Below, one piece after another: positions 23,771 to 37,889 of a DNA stretch of 64,000 nucleotides. The first letter of the stretch is position 1. Every line of letters starts with the position of its first letter. The stretch lies in NCBI GenBank assembly GCA_009914755.4, contig CP068257.2, positions 34,112,001 through 34,176,000 of the forward strand, in the 5' to 3' direction. This DNA is from the human T2T-CHM13v2.0 reference genome, Homo sapiens. Made by a program: the position numbers and the translations under genes. The notes below the pieces were generated by a model, which searched no databases, was not told the origin of the DNA, and saw only the letters and a program-made list of their open reading frames with translations.

Positions 23771-26700
23771 GCTTCTATTCATAATGGTCAAACTATCAAA
23801 ATGCCCATCAACAACAGAATGTAAACTTCATCAAGCTGTACACTTAGGATATATCCATGGCCACTTTTCTGTATTGTGTTATATATCAACTGAAACTGCT
23901 AAAAGGAAGAGTTCTCACTGGCTCCGTATGCCCCAAAAACAGCAAGTAAAAGCTGAGGCTTATGGAAATTAATCCTGAAATTAGACCTCCAGGATAATTC
24001 ATGGGGTAAAAAAAACAGAAAAATGCTTCAAAAACACCTAATTGAAGCCTGGTGACTTTGTCTACAAAGAAACACACTATTTTCATCACTAGAAGTAAGC
24101 TTTTATTCCAGATTCTTTCAATATGCACATTTGCAAAACTGTGGCTTATTTCTCCAAAGGCCTTACTAAATGCCCCACTGTTTACTAAAGAGCCAGTCTT
24201 GAAGAGCAAGGGAAAGTTTACAAGCTGCTAATGAGGGCTTAGCACCCTGGGAAGGACAAATAGCTCTACTCAGCAGCTCCACAGAGGGAAATGAGCCCCT
24301 GTGCCTGACAGGTGCCAGCCAGGAAGCGCAGTCCTGCATTGATTGCTAGGTAGCTAGAGCAGAAGGAGGTCTGGGTGAATTATCATTTCATTGACTCGGT
24401 GCAAAAGGTATACTGAGCTTAGGTCACTGGGTTCTCCACAAGCCAAGGCAGATAACAAGAAAACAACACACCATAGTAATAGCTTGATTATAACTGCTCT
24501 ATGCCACTTTTCCTTTTGACTTAAGGGAAATTGTCTTTGCAGGGAAATTAAGGGGAAGGGACACAAGGAAGACTGAGTCCCATTTATTTGCTTGTTTCAC
24601 ACATTCAGCCAACAAAATTTTTATCAAGTACCAACTTTGCACCAGACACTCCTATAAATGCTGCATTTGCAACATTGAACAAGATCTTCAAAGTCCTTTC
24701 CCACGTGGAGTTGATATTCTGGTGGGTGAAACCAAAACACAAATAATCAAATAAATACCTAGTATAACATCAGGTGGGAATAAGAGATAGATCTGGTTGG
24801 GAGCTGTTGCTTTACAAAAGGGCATCTCATAAATCTCTCTCGAAGGAGGGGGCATTTGCTATATAGGCCAGAGTAATACATCCCTATTTTTTCTTACATT
24901 ATTGAAAATTATTGGAAGGCTATAAGCAATGGAATGATATCATCTGATTATGCTTGTTAAGACTCACTCTGGCTGCCTGTAGATGCATTTTAGGACAAGA
25001 GTAGAAGCCTAGAGCTATGGGAAAAAGAGATGGTAGAGATCAGAGAAGTATATACAGATTTGCAATGTTTTGGAGGCTGAAGCAAAAGGATCACTAACAG
25101 CTTGAGTAGAGGTTTTGAGGGAGAGAAGGAAATCAAGGAGAACAGCCACTTTTTGGCTTGAGCTGAAGTGGTTAGCGGTACCATTTACTAGAACATTCCT
25201 GCCTCTTGATCCCCATGATAAAAAGAACTTTTCATCTATGGAATGTCTCTGTCACTATTGTCTAGAGAAGATAGAACTGGCTTGGACATATTCCTAAGAA
25301 GCAAGAAATGGCAGCCTCGTTATTTTTCAGCCCTTGTAGGCTGTAACTTTGGGAGCACACAATTCATAAATAAATTCCAAGTACCTTATTTATCTCTTTT
25401 TTTCCACTTGATTGAAATCCTGGGCATTGACTTCTACTAGGATGATGAATTTGGCTAGAACTTTGTCACATTCATTCAAGACTAATATGGTGTTATCTAG
25501 TACAAGAAACAGATGAGAAATCATTCCTGTAGGACTGAAGCTCAGACACGGCGCAAAGGAAACACATGAGACATAAGGAAATCATTGGAACACAGACATT
25601 AGACAGTCTTGTGCTGAATTAGACAATGTCTTAGTTCACCCAAAATGTAGTATTTATAGGCATGGCAAGGAATTGGGAATTAACTTGGGCCCACAGTGGT
25701 TGTGTTTCAAAGGTGAATTTTCTTAGCACTATTCAAGAGCATTGAACTTTGCATAAGCAACTAATCAACCTAGGAAAAGCATCCAGCCAACAAGTATTTT
25801 TTGAGACATTTTTGTCTTCCAAGTACCAAGAAGAGTACAGTAGGGATCCAAATAAACCAGCTCAGCTCCTTGATGAACCAGGGGTCTAAAGGGAAAGTTA
25901 GCACTGGCAAGGTGATTCTAAATCATGAAATACTTGCAAGGAGAAGTACAGAATGCTATGGGAGCACATACCGGGAGACCAACCCGGTGCAGGGAGTCGT
26001 GCTGAGATAGGACAGGTGTCAACAAGGCAAAGAGAAAGCAGACACCTCAAACAGAGCCAACAGTCAGGAAGCGGAAAAGAGTGTGGCGAGGAACTCTGAG
26101 GAGTGGGGCATAGTTATCTAGAGGAGAGGGCTTAGAAGAGAAGGGTGGACAAAGAGGCAGGAGAGGCCGGCAAGGGCCGGATCAGGCGACTAAGGCCTGA
26201 TAAACCACACCTGTTGTTTATTCTAAAGGCAGTGAGAAGCCACTAAGTGGCCATAAGTAGAGGAATCAAGGGCTGGGTTTTTAAAGATCACTCTGGCAGC
26301 AGGATAGGAAGGGATGGCCTAGGACAAGTGTGTTCATGGCAAGAGAGGGAGGAGGCTTGATGAGGCAGGGGCAGGGGTGGGGAACTGCAAGAGTTGCTTA
26401 GGCAGTAGCATGATGGATAGGCGTGTGCCATGCACAGAGTGGGGCAGAGGTGGGAGCTGCGGCAGGCAAGGAGGCAGCAGGGTCACCAGGATTCCCGGGT
26501 TTCAAGCCAGAGCATTTTACTAACATGGAAAACTCCAGAAGTTTGCATGAGTCTGTCCATTCAGTTCCAGTTTCCACCCTAGGTAATAAGAATGCAGTCT
26601 AGAAGAAAATGTAGAATGAAAGTCAAAGGAACCAAAGGAACAGAGAGAGGATCCAAGAGCCTAACAGAAACAGAAAGTAAGAGAGAAGGGAAAACACGTA

Positions 26701-29039
26701 ACCAAAAACATATATAATGAAGCCCCCGCCGCCAACACCCCCGCCACCTGACAAAAGGAGAGGAATTAACAGCATATAGGACTCAGCAGGGTTGAGAGAA
26801 GCAAGTGTAGCAACTGCCTGGCCTGTGATTTCTGGATGGCTAGAAGGTACACAGTTATTCTAGCTTGGGGCCCACAGAGATAAGGCAAAGGCCAGTAGAG
26901 AAAAAAAGATACCAGCTGTGTGGAGATGGAAAGGAATCTTCCACCCCACGGAGTGAAGTCTTAAACCATGCATGAGAAGGCTGGATATAGAAGCTGGAAC
27001 ACCACATTTGTACCCTCTTTTGCCCATTCTTGGATAGAAATGAAAATATCAGTGATTGGCCCTGAAATGCAAAGGTTTTGTAAAAAGGATGGTGTCCAGG
27101 GACTCTCAGTGCACAGTTAAAGGCTTCTTGTTTAATGGCTGACATGTAAGATGTCTAATATTTTCCGCTCACTTAACCTCTTATTCTGAGAATGGACCGA
27201 TTGTCCAAGATTGCAGACATGCTCAGGAGTGCTGGCAAAGGGCTAAAATGTCTTCTGTAAGACTCCATGGAACTATTTCCCAGGAGAATTCATGAAAAAT
27301 GTTACAGATGATGTGTTACACCTCGAATGAATCTCTTTGTCCCACAAGTGTGTTTCTCCACTGCTTTGGAGAATCTCCCAGATAGAGAGAAAATGGGAAT
27401 TAATTTATTCCAAGAGACCCTATTGTTTAATGACACATACAGTAAGAGATCCAGAATCACAATCACCCAAACCACGCAAGCAATGGCAAGTGCTCTAAAG
27501 AAAGATGGGGACATCCAAATGGTAGGTAAAGCTTTTCAGCAAAGACACTGGAGAAGGGAATCCAATGAACTAAAACTCTGCAATGTTAACTGAGGGTTTC
27601 CCCTTGCATTTCCGAGAACGATGGAAATTCTCCCTGCCTTCCCCAACTCAGAGTCAGTAATATGCAGTCATTGAGTCAGGGAAGGTACATTACAGTAGGA
27701 AAATGAGAAAAAAAAAGACTTGAATGAAACTTTGAATATGGCTTTCCTTGTTCAGAATCACAGTCTTCATCTTTCCAGAGACTAAGATTTTAAGCTTGAA
27801 TCGCCCACGTTCTAAATCCTTCAGGAAATAAAGCCCAGTTTGTTTATTTCTCAGGGTCCCAGGCAGAGAAATCAAGTGAATCCTGCTTCTCAGTTCTTAG
27901 CTGTTTATTGCTAGCATCAGCCTGTGCAAAACTCCTCTCTGGTTTTATTTTTTCCCCTTTGATCTGTAATCCCCACTCCATTCCCTAGAGCCCTGCAGGT
28001 AACCCACTCTGGAGGGTCTGTTTATCCCTAAATATGCATATGTCCTTGTAAAATATCCAGAGCCATTATGTGTATGTTTAACTAATTAATCATAAATTAT
28101 TAATAATAATCTATCCACATTGCCATGTTTACATCTATATTGTGGCTGCTCTCTGCAACCATACACACACAAAAATAAACCCTCAGGGCATCAGATTTAT
28201 ACAACAAACAAGATTGGGGATAAAAATGAATTATGAGCTATGAGCCAGATTGTCTTGTCCCAGATAGGACATCCCTTCTGTGTGCTGCCAGTGCCGTTCT
28301 CTGTTCTGGGAGAAGGGAACACAAGAATCCAAGGGGAAGAAAACAGTTAAGACATCAATGAGAGTCCTGAGAGAGAAGATCCTTGCCCTGTCTCCAAGAC
28401 CAAGACCGGGGGTTCACAAGAGAATTCCAGGTAGGTCCAGAGAATGAGAGGTCCTTTTCCATGTATGAAGTTTGTGAACAAGGAGCAAGACCTCAAAGTT
28501 TTCTCATGCCTCACTCAGTATAGCAATGGGAGGAATGTCTGCATGTGATGCCTTGGGCCCCCTGAGCCCCAATGTCCATGCAGGATGCAGCCTGCTGCGA
28601 CTTTGCCTTCACTGGGTCAGCCTTGCAGGTTGGGTGGGGCAGGCAGATGTAGCATCAAACACCTGACAATGACCCTGGCCCAGCAGCTTCGTGCCTATGG
28701 TGTCTTGGCTCTCTGTAGCCCCCAGGATGAGGATGAAGCCACAGGGAAAAAGGGAAAGACCATGAATTCACAGAAATTTAGTTTCTAACATCCACCAGAA
28801 TGGAGAGTCAGTAAAAATTAGGTCATAATAGAAATATGAAAAGATTACATTTTGTGCACAACTGATTTGTTTTGTACCTACTACACACCTCCCTCCTTCC
28901 CCAGGGTCATGGGGCTTTTTGTTTTAATTAGAAAATTAAAAAATATTCTAAATCTGGAATAGTGCAGGTCCTAGAAATTCTGGATACGTGATCTTCTGTA
29001 TACAATAAAATGTAAGTTTAAAGGAAGTAATTCTCTTCC

Positions 29040-29712
29040 TCAAAAAACTAAAGACAGAACTACCATTTCATCCAGCAACCGCACCACTGGGTGTTTATCC
29101 AAAAGACAGGAGATCAGTATATCAGAGATACTTGCACCCCCATGTTTATTGTAGTACTATTTACAATAACCAAAATATGGAATAAACTTAAATGTTCGTC
29201 GACAGATTAATGGATAAGTGTGGTATACACACAATGGAATATTATTCCCCCATAAAAAAGAATGAAATTCTGTCATTTGCAGCAACATAGATGGAACTGG
29301 AGGTCATTATATTAAGTGAAGCAAGCCAGGCACAAAAGACAAATGTCACATGTTCTCACTCACGGAATTCACAAAGGTAGAGAGTACAATGGTGGTAACC
29401 AGAGGCTGGGAAGGGAAGAGGGGAAAGGGAGATGAAGAGAAGGTGGTTAAAGGGCACAAAAACTCAGAAGAAATAACTTCTAGTATTTGGAAGTACCGTA
29501 GGAAAATTATAGTTAATAATTTATTGAATGTTTCAAAATAGAAGAGAAGAATTATAATGTTCCCAAAACAAAGAAAAGATAAATGTTTGAGGCGATGGAT
29601 GTCCCAGTTACCCTGATTTGGTCATTACACGTTGTATACAGGTATCAAAATATTACATGTACCCCAAAATTTATACAACGCTTATATATCAATAAATTAA
29701 ATTAAGTTAAAT
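29040..29712 (+). mobile_element. L1 3'-end fragment, older subfamily (L1PB/L1MA-like)
   Basis: Contains ctaccatttcatccagcaaccgcaccactgggtgtttatccaaaagacagg, then atgttcgtcgacagattaatggataagtgtggtatacacacaatggaatattat and tcatttgcagcaacatagatggaactggaggtcattatattaagtgaagcaagccaggcacaaaagacaaatgtcacatgttctcactcac. It ends in an A-rich tail. Confidence 0.85.
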
Positions 29713-30685
29713 AAACAGGAAGCACCAGGAGGAACTCCTGATGCATTTTATGCTTAAAACAAAAAATCCTAGGTCTTTCCATAGATAAATCTAAGAATGA
29801 TGATAAATATGGTGGAAACAGGGTCTCTTGGTGCTCCAAATATCGTTTCCCAAAACAAAGGAACAGGACATCCCAGAGTAATGGCTGACTCCGGGCCTGA
29901 AACAGGGTATGTAGAAGAGGGCCCTTCAATGCACCGTCACACTGGAAAGCAAGGAAGCCATCAAAGACAGCCAGAGTGCTTCAAAGGACTCAGAAATCAA
30001 CTTATGAGGCCCCACTGGTCAAGGATGGCACAAGGTGAGCATGAGTAAGGACACTAACTGTAACAGATGGAAACATACCAAATAGATTTCATCCAAAATT
30101 TCATAAGAACACTGTAAAATCACTGACTGCCTTTGGAGAAGACTAGTAAACCAATTTGTTATTTTGAGAACTGATGAGTAAAGAGAGTGTCAAGCACATA
30201 CCCTGCCTTTCCTACACAAAGAGAAAAACCAGACATTACGTCCCCCACAGAAGAACCAACCCCACCTGTAAAATAACCTTGCTGAAAAGTGTGAACCTTA
30301 GTCCATTTAAGCATTTGGATCTAATACCAGCTCATAGGAAATCCAGGTAACAGAAGAACATGTTAAATGACACCACAGGTGTCTACATCTGGGGAAGCAT
30401 CAGCAAAATACAAACTAGGGGGAGGCCTGAAGGTTAAAAGGTAAAGAGCAAGGGAAAATATAGATTAAAAAAGACATAAGAGGCATGTTAGCAAATCACA
30501 CTATATGGGTCTTAGTTGATACTTTTTCAAATAAATAAAAGGTTAAAAATTACAGTACAATCAAGGAAATGTAAACACTCGCTGGATACTTAGTGATGTT
30601 GAGGGAATATTAAAGTGAGATAATATTGTGTTTTTATTTAAAATGGGGAGCCTATGTCTTTAGAAATATGTTTAGATAAAATAAT

Positions 30686-31121
30686 ATGATGCTTGGGATT
30701 TGCCTCAAAATAACCTGGAGGGGAGGTGCTATGTGTTGCTTCTGTGTTGCTGCTCAAATCTCATGTCAAATTGTAACCCCCAGTGTTGGAAATGGGGCCC
30801 GGTGGGAGGAGATTGGATCATGGGGACAGATTTTCCCCTTGGTACTGTCCTTGAGATAGTGAGTTCTCATGAGATCTGGTTATTTAAAAGTGTGTGGTAC
30901 CTGCCCCACTTCCCTTCTTCCTTCTGCTCTGGCCATGTGAGATATCTCACTCCCCCTTTGCCTTCTGCCACGATTGGAAGCTTCCAGAGGCCCCTCCAGA
31001 AGCAGAAGTTGCTATGCTTCCTGTACAACCTGCAGAACCGTGAGTCAATTAAACTTCTTGTGTTTATAAATTACCCAGTCTCAGGAGTACTACCTGAGAC
31101 CTGTATAAATTACCTAATACA
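30686..31121 (+). mobile_element. solo MaLR LTR (MST/THE1-related)
   Basis: Contains caaatctcatgtcaaattgtaacccccagtgttggaaatggggcccggtgggaggagattggatcatgggg, then gccttctgccacgattggaagcttccagaggcccctccagaagcagaagttgctatgcttcctgtacaacctgcagaaccgtgagtcaattaaacttcttgtgtttataaattacccagtctcagg...taatacag. This matches the MaLR LTR architecture. Confidence 0.75.
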
Positions 31122-31344
31122 GGAGGTACTGGAGGTACAGAGAATATGAGATTGTCCACAAGTTGATTGTTGTTAAAGCAAATTGTTGGAAACATGGGAG
31201 TTCATTATACTCTACTGTTGCACATAAGTATTTGAATTTTCCCATAATAAAAAGTTTGTGCAAAAAAAGATTTTTTAGTATGGGAAGTCGTTTTTCAAGT
31301 TACAAGATAATCACTCTCGATAATCACTCTTAATCTCCTGAGTG

Positions 31345-31813
31345 AAGAAGCTATATTAGTTAGGGTTCTCCAAAGAAAGAGAAGCAGTAGAAATATGAGT
31401 TATACAAGAGGGATTTATTATAGGAATCAGCTCATGTGATTATGGAGACCAAGAAGTCCACCACCTGCTGTCTGCAAGCTGGCCACTCAGGAAATCCAGT
31501 GGTACAAATCAATCTGAATCCAAAGCCTGAGAATCAGGAGTCCTGATGTCCAAAGGCAGGAGAAGATTGGATGTTCCAGCTCAAAAAGAAAGAGTGAATT
31601 CACCCTTCCTCTACCTTTTCATAATATTTGAGCCCTCAACAGGTTGATAATCCCCACCTGTATCAATGACAACAATCTTCTTTACCCTGTCTACTAATTC
31701 AAATACTGATCTCTTCCAGAACACCCTCATAGATACACTCGGAAATAATTTTTTATCAGCTATCTGGGTATCCCTTAACCCAGTCAAGTTGACATATAAA
31801 ATTAACCATCACA
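31345..31813 (+). mobile_element. LTR-like interspersed repeat (ERVL-class solo LTR by recollection, family name uncertain)
   Basis: Starts ttagttagggttctccaaagaaagag and ends cccagtcaagttgacatataaaattaaccatcacag. These are the conserved termini of a common human repeat (gggttctccagagaaacagaacc...gtcaagttgacacataaaattaaccatcaca). Confidence 0.55.
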
Positions 31814-34237
31814 GAAGCCTAATGAAAACACGACGGAGACACATCCTTGGTTGTTCTGTGTGTTCTATAACCAAGGCTGTTTGGGGGGTCTGAGGCAGGA
31901 ACCCCACTTCAAAGCTTTGCTGTCAGAACTTCAAGAGCCAGACACATCCAAAAGTCAGCTCTGACTACCAACCATCTTCCATGACAGCCAGGGTCAGATT
32001 CAGCAAGGATGACAGTCCAGGGAGGTTGTTCCTTATAGTAACAATTTTTTTTTGTTAAGAAACTACAATATATATAGTCTGCTCATTCATATATATAAAT
32101 ATTATTTATCAAAATAGTAATATTTTATTAAGTTTTAAAAATTAAAACTCTGATCTCTGAATGAAATGTAAATTCCTAGGTCTAATACATAAGGACTGCA
32201 GAATAAAGTATAGTGGAACTTCTTTTTTAATCCAAAAGAAAACTATTAAGAAGTAAATATCAACTAAAAGGAGAAAAGAATAAGTCCTAAGTTAATGGAT
32301 AGAATTTATATTTTCTTCAACCATATAATCAGGGTATAAAAAGATTGATGAGCAGCTTAACGTCTATTGAGAAGAAAAATAATTGGAAAGTTCTTGAGTT
32401 ATACATATGTTTGCTCTTCCATTCTCAACTTTCACTGGCTTTTTACCAAATTCCAGTGAACCATACCTTGGTAGCATCTCCTTAAATTAGTGAAAAGAAA
32501 TATAAGACAGACTATTTGAAAATTAAAATAAATAAGAGCAAAGTCTCTCCTATGCATTTGGTGAGTAGGTTTACGGAATTCAGTATTCCCAGGAGGAAGG
32601 AGAGCTGTGAGGCCATTAGCAGATGACAGAATCATAAAGAATTATTGAGAAAGATTTTGGCTGGGCCAGTCTTTGTCCTGAGTTTGATATCATAGCCTCC
32701 AAGAAAAATGACCTTAGACTTCACCCACAGTAACAACCTGACTATGACTTCTTCTGAGAGAGTTGGTTCTAAAGAAAGATCAAGTGCTAAATAAAGATCT
32801 CATTATAGATCGTTATAGATCATTCCATCACAGTTAGAGTCACCTTCCATCCATCCTGTCAGAAAAGATATTTCTGGAGCATCACAGATCACATTAACAT
32901 GGCCAGATAAGAATACGATCCCAAGAGATTCCTCCTAACCACTCCCACCAATAACCAGTCTAATATGCTTTCCCTAAAGGGTCTTCCAACCAGGAGGTCA
33001 CATGCTCCAGAAGCAGCCCATCCTGCCCATTGCAGCTTCTGCAGCTCCCTGTTTCTGTTCTATTTCCAATCATTGCACTGGACACATGAGCCCTTCTGTA
33101 GACCATCAGAGAGAGCTCCTCAACCCCTTCTCCCAGGTGTCATTTACATCAGGCAAGAAGGCATGGCAAATGGGTCATTCACATCTAAGTCCGCAACAAA
33201 AAGCAGGGGTTGTCAATGGCATTTGTACATAGAAAGTCCCCAGTATTCGACTTGCTTTTTCAATAACTATTACCCAAATATGTACTCAAACCGTGGGACA
33301 CTGGCTGATGTCAAAATTCTTTCTGAATGACTATGAAGTCTGCCCATATAGTTTATACCCATATAATAGTGAAGGCTGACTCTCCACATTTTCTGTGAAA
33401 TTAACAACTTTGAGAACTTGCAATCTACCAGCATTCCCAGCAGCTAACTGTAGGTAATAGATAGGATGTCTTACTTATTTAGTAGTCTTTATTCTAGCCA
33501 CCAAACCTCTTTTAAAAAAAGAAATGCTTCTAAAACTAATATTTACTTGTTCCTCCAGAAATACTTTAATTGGCTTTGTGAAATCAATGGTTCCCTTGAT
33601 AATTGATAAAAGAGTGTCTCTTTTCCCTGTCCTGGCAATATCTTGCTTTAAATAACAGGACAGATCATTCTTTCACAAATATGAAAAACAGATTTTCGGA
33701 AACAAGCTTATTTTATTAAGCCATGTTATTTAATTTTACCTGACATTTGCAAGTCATTTTTGCTAGTAAGCACTCTACATTAATACCTTGAGTTCACATA
33801 GAGTTTAACAATATGAATTTCCTATCAGAGAAAAGTACAATATATGTTTGGCAGAAGCCAAAGTCATGAAGAATTAACAGTTATCAAATCCCAAAGGGGA
33901 AACAAATTCTCTTTGCTCCTCTCTTGCCAGCTGTCATGAATCCAATTTGCACTTTCAAAATTCTGCCTGTTACCCAGATTCGGGAATGAGAGGACTAGTA
34001 ACTTAGCATACTCGTGCCCAACCATACCAAATCCAAACATTTACACACAACCCAATTGTCAACAAGGTAGAAAAAGGGTATCAGCTTAAATGATTGTTAT
34101 ATCAAACATACCTAGAATGTACCACAGAGTAAGTTATTTTCATATGCTTAAGTAGATGTGACAAATACCAATCTCAAATTATAAATTAAATGGATTCCTG
34201 AAAAATTGTACTACATGAAAATCTACTTTCCCATTGA

Positions 34238-34589
<352 letters not shown>

Positions 34590-35610
34590 CACCTGGCCCG
34601 TTGACATATATTTTTAAATACATAAAACAAGATTCAAAGTTTTAAAATGCAGGAATCGAGCAGTAATACAAACAGCAAATATCAAACAATCATAGAGTTT
34701 AAGGAAGAGTGTTCTTTCTTATAAGCATAACTCATGTGAAAATACACTTTGTGTGGGCCTTCAAATCTCCACAACTTTTCTGGGCCTTCAGAAACACTGT
34801 TTCATCTGCATAGAGCCATGTCCACCTGGGAAATTCCTACTCAACCATAAAGGCACAATCCAAATATCACTGCCTCTACAGATCCAGGTTTTCCTGCCCT
34901 GTGATCCCTTAAGAAAAAAATGTCAACACCTTTCCATGAACCCCAAGGCAGAATGAGGGCTTTCCTTTCTCTCCTGGCCCCTGAGAATTCCTCCTTGGTA
35001 GCCCTGAGCACAAGCACAGGTTGTTGTCATCATTGTTGAACGCTGTTATCTTTCAGGACCATGGACCATGTATACCCTTCGGGAGGAGATATATAATGCA
35101 CTTTGGGGCTCAGTGCCTACATCCGTGCCTGGCATCTCACTGGTGCTAAGAAAACACTTATAAAATGAGTGACCAAAGAAAATGAAGAAATTAAATGTTA
35201 AATGGTATCTTGAATTCTTAAAAGCTTATCATAGATACCCCATAAATTGGCCTCAATGGCCAATTCAGAAACATTTCCAGTTAGCAGGTTCCTTAGATCT
35301 CCTAGCATCAATACAGGGGTGTATTTTTAGTTTGGTTGCTCTTAGTAAACCCTGAGCTCTCTGATTTCAGAAAGGATCCACAGACCTTCAAGACCCTGAG
35401 GTGCTCATCAGTTTACATCAGGGTGACTCAACAAGAAGCTAGAGCCCAGGGACACCCCACTTAAGAATATCTTAATTGGCAGGCTTTTTAAACTGCTCTC
35501 AGCTGATTAATGAGTACTACCAGAGGGATTATGTAATTTACAGAGCAGGAACAGCTCTGGAACTGAAGGTTGCCAATTAAAGGTATGTGCAACATCCCAA
35601 CAGCAAATTC

Positions 35611-35856
35611 AGCCAGGCATGTTGGCTCATGCCTGTAATCCCAGCACTTTGGGAAGCCCAGGCTGAAGGATTGCTTCAGCCCAGGAGTTCAAGACCAGCC
35701 TGTATAACACAGGCAAACCCCCCATCTCTACAAAAAATATTTAAAAAACACAAGCCAGGCACGGTGGCACGTGCCTGTAGTGCCAGCTACTTGGGAGAAT
35801 CTCTTGAGCCAAAGAGGTCAAGGCTGCAGTGAGCTGTGATTGTGCCAATGCACTCC
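35611..35856 (+). mobile_element. Alu (AluJ-like), 3'-truncated with no poly-A tail, flanked by perfect 14-bp direct repeats CCAACAGCAAATTC
   Basis: Starts agccaggcatgttggctcatgcctgtaatcccagc and ends gcagtgagctgtgattgtgccaatgcactcc. The direct repeats lie at 35597-35610 and 35855-35868. Confidence 0.85.
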
Positions 35857-36959
35857 AACAGCAAATTCTAAAGAAATGCAAAGAAGACTGCATATCAAGG
35901 GCCAACACATCCTCCCAAGCAGGCCATGTGGTGCCCATGTCACATGCTCATGCTGGTAGGAGCTCTCCCGTGCAGTCTTTAGAGAGCTGTTTAGACAGAC
36001 GGCAGAGCATGCACCAGCTTTAGAGTCTCCCTGATAAAGAGCTTAGGGCTAATGTCTACAGGACTGACATAGTTCTTAAGCTCCACAACTCTCAAGAAAC
36101 ACAAGAAACCTAAGGATATCAAAGGGCTGATGGGTGTTGCAAGGCAAAGCAGTGAGTCAGAGGTGGTGGGCAAAACCAGCCAAAGGAAAATGACCCACAA
36201 TGCTTTTCTGTAGGCTTATTTAATGAAAAATTAAAATCCACTTTAAGCTACACTGAGTATTGATGGAATTGCAACCAACATGACAGTAGAGGTTCAATGT
36301 TTTCAATAGGTGAAGACAAGATAAGGCCATACTGGAAATAAATTACCAGTAGGCCTCACAAGGGGGTGGGAAATTGGAAAATTCTCTAATGAATATTAGA
36401 TGGCAGACAGAGAAGGTATTTTTCCTTTTGCATATTTTAGTTTGCAAATTATGAACCTAAACGCTTGATAACCTAGAGTCCATATTCTGCCTGTCAACCT
36501 TCAGCCTACAAAAGGGCTTTTATATTATCCAACATTCTGGAATCTGCTTAATGCAACCACCATAGCTTGTAGCGGATGAAGTAACAGATTGGCTTGAACT
36601 GAAGCAACCTCAGGAAGGTATAATGTAAGACAGGCACATGGGGTAGTCAGCTGCTAAAAGCTCTTGATGTCAGTGGGTGCCCTTGTATATGAAGGTTTTT
36701 AAGCCCTTCCTGGACAGTCAAGTATGCAACTAAAGCACAACATTTTTCTTGTACCCTTTGAATAACTATGTGGCAAAACTTGTTTACAGAATTTATTCCA
36801 ATATATCTTAAGAATTCCTAATTCAGCTGAATTAACAATTTAACTGCTCTTTCTTCTTTCTGCTTCTATAGTCATATTTTGCTACCAATCTGTTTTCATT
36901 TATTCAAATTGCTATACAGCTCTGCAGTGTTCACCATTACCAAGAATTATTGCCACTTT

Positions 36960-37259
36960 ATTTATTTATTTATTGAGATGAAGTCCTGCTCTGTCACCCA
37001 GGCTGGAGTGCAGTGGCATGATCTCGACTCACTGCAATCTCCGCCCACCGGGTTCAAGCGATTTTCTCTTGCCTCAGCCTCCCCAGTAGCTGGGATTACA
37101 GACACACACTACCATGCCCAGCTAATTCTTTTGTATTTTAGTAGAGACGGGGTTTTACCATGTTGGCCAGGCTGATCTTCAACTCCCAACCTCAGGTGAT
37201 CCACCCGCCTCAGCCTCCCAAAGTGCTGGGACTACAGGCATGACCCACTGCACCTAGCC
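36960..37259 (-). mobile_element. Alu, minus orientation, (TTTA)n tail, 12-bp TSD TATTGCCACTTT
   Basis: The tail atttatttatttatt is followed by gagatgaagtcctgctctgtcacccaggctggagtgcagtgg and ends cccaaagtgctgggactacaggcatgacccactgcacctagcc. The direct repeat tattgccacttt lies at 36948-36959 and 37260-37271. Confidence 0.95.
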
Positions 37260-37499
37260 TATTGCCACTTTCTAATAGCAAGGTCCAGATTTTGAAAATC
37301 TGAAGTTTATGGTACCTGTGGAAACACTCAGCAAAGTAGGTACCAAAGAGATGTTTACAGCTGCTTTTATTAATTTTCTTTATTCTATGGTTTCAGCCAA
37401 TGCACAGAACTAAAAGCTGATATATAAGCTACTAGGTTTTGAATCTGTAATTTCCAATTATTGTTAACAAACTGTCCCAGAGAAAATTATGAAGACAGA

Positions 37500-37889
37500 G
37501 GTATTAGTCCGTTTTCATGTTGCTAGAAAGAACTGCCCAAGGCTGGGTAATTTATAAAGGAAGGAGGTTTAATCAACTCACAGTTCAGCATGGCTAGGGA
37601 GGCCTCAGGAAACTTACAATCATGGTGGAAGGGAAGGGGAAGCAAGGCATCTTCTTCATAATGCAGCAGGAAGGAGAAGTGCCGAGCGAAGGACGGGTGG
37701 GGGGTGGGGGGGAAGAGTCCTTATAAAACCATTAGATCTCGTGAGAACTCACTCATTATCCTGAGAATAGCAGAGGGGAAACCTCCCTCATGATTCAATT
37801 ACCTCCACCTGGGCCCCCCCCTTGACACGTGGGGATTATGGGGATTAAAAAATGAGATTTTGGTGGGGACAAAAAGCCTAACCATATCA
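37500..37889 (-). mobile_element. MaLR LTR (THE1/MST-type), copy A
   Basis: Runs from gtattagtccgttttcatgttgctagaaagaactgcccaaggctgggtaatttataaaggaaggaggtttaatcaactcacagttc, through cttacaatcatggtggaagg, ccttataaaaccattagatctcgtgagaactcactcatta, ctcatgattcaattacctcc and acacgtggggattatgg, to aaccatatca. This is the reverse complement of the TGATATGG...AATACA LTR. Confidence 0.85.

Noticed and set aside
30700-31149. 149-aa ORF
   Set aside because: It lies entirely within a MaLR (MST/THE1-type) solo LTR. LTRs are non-coding and the product is low-complexity.
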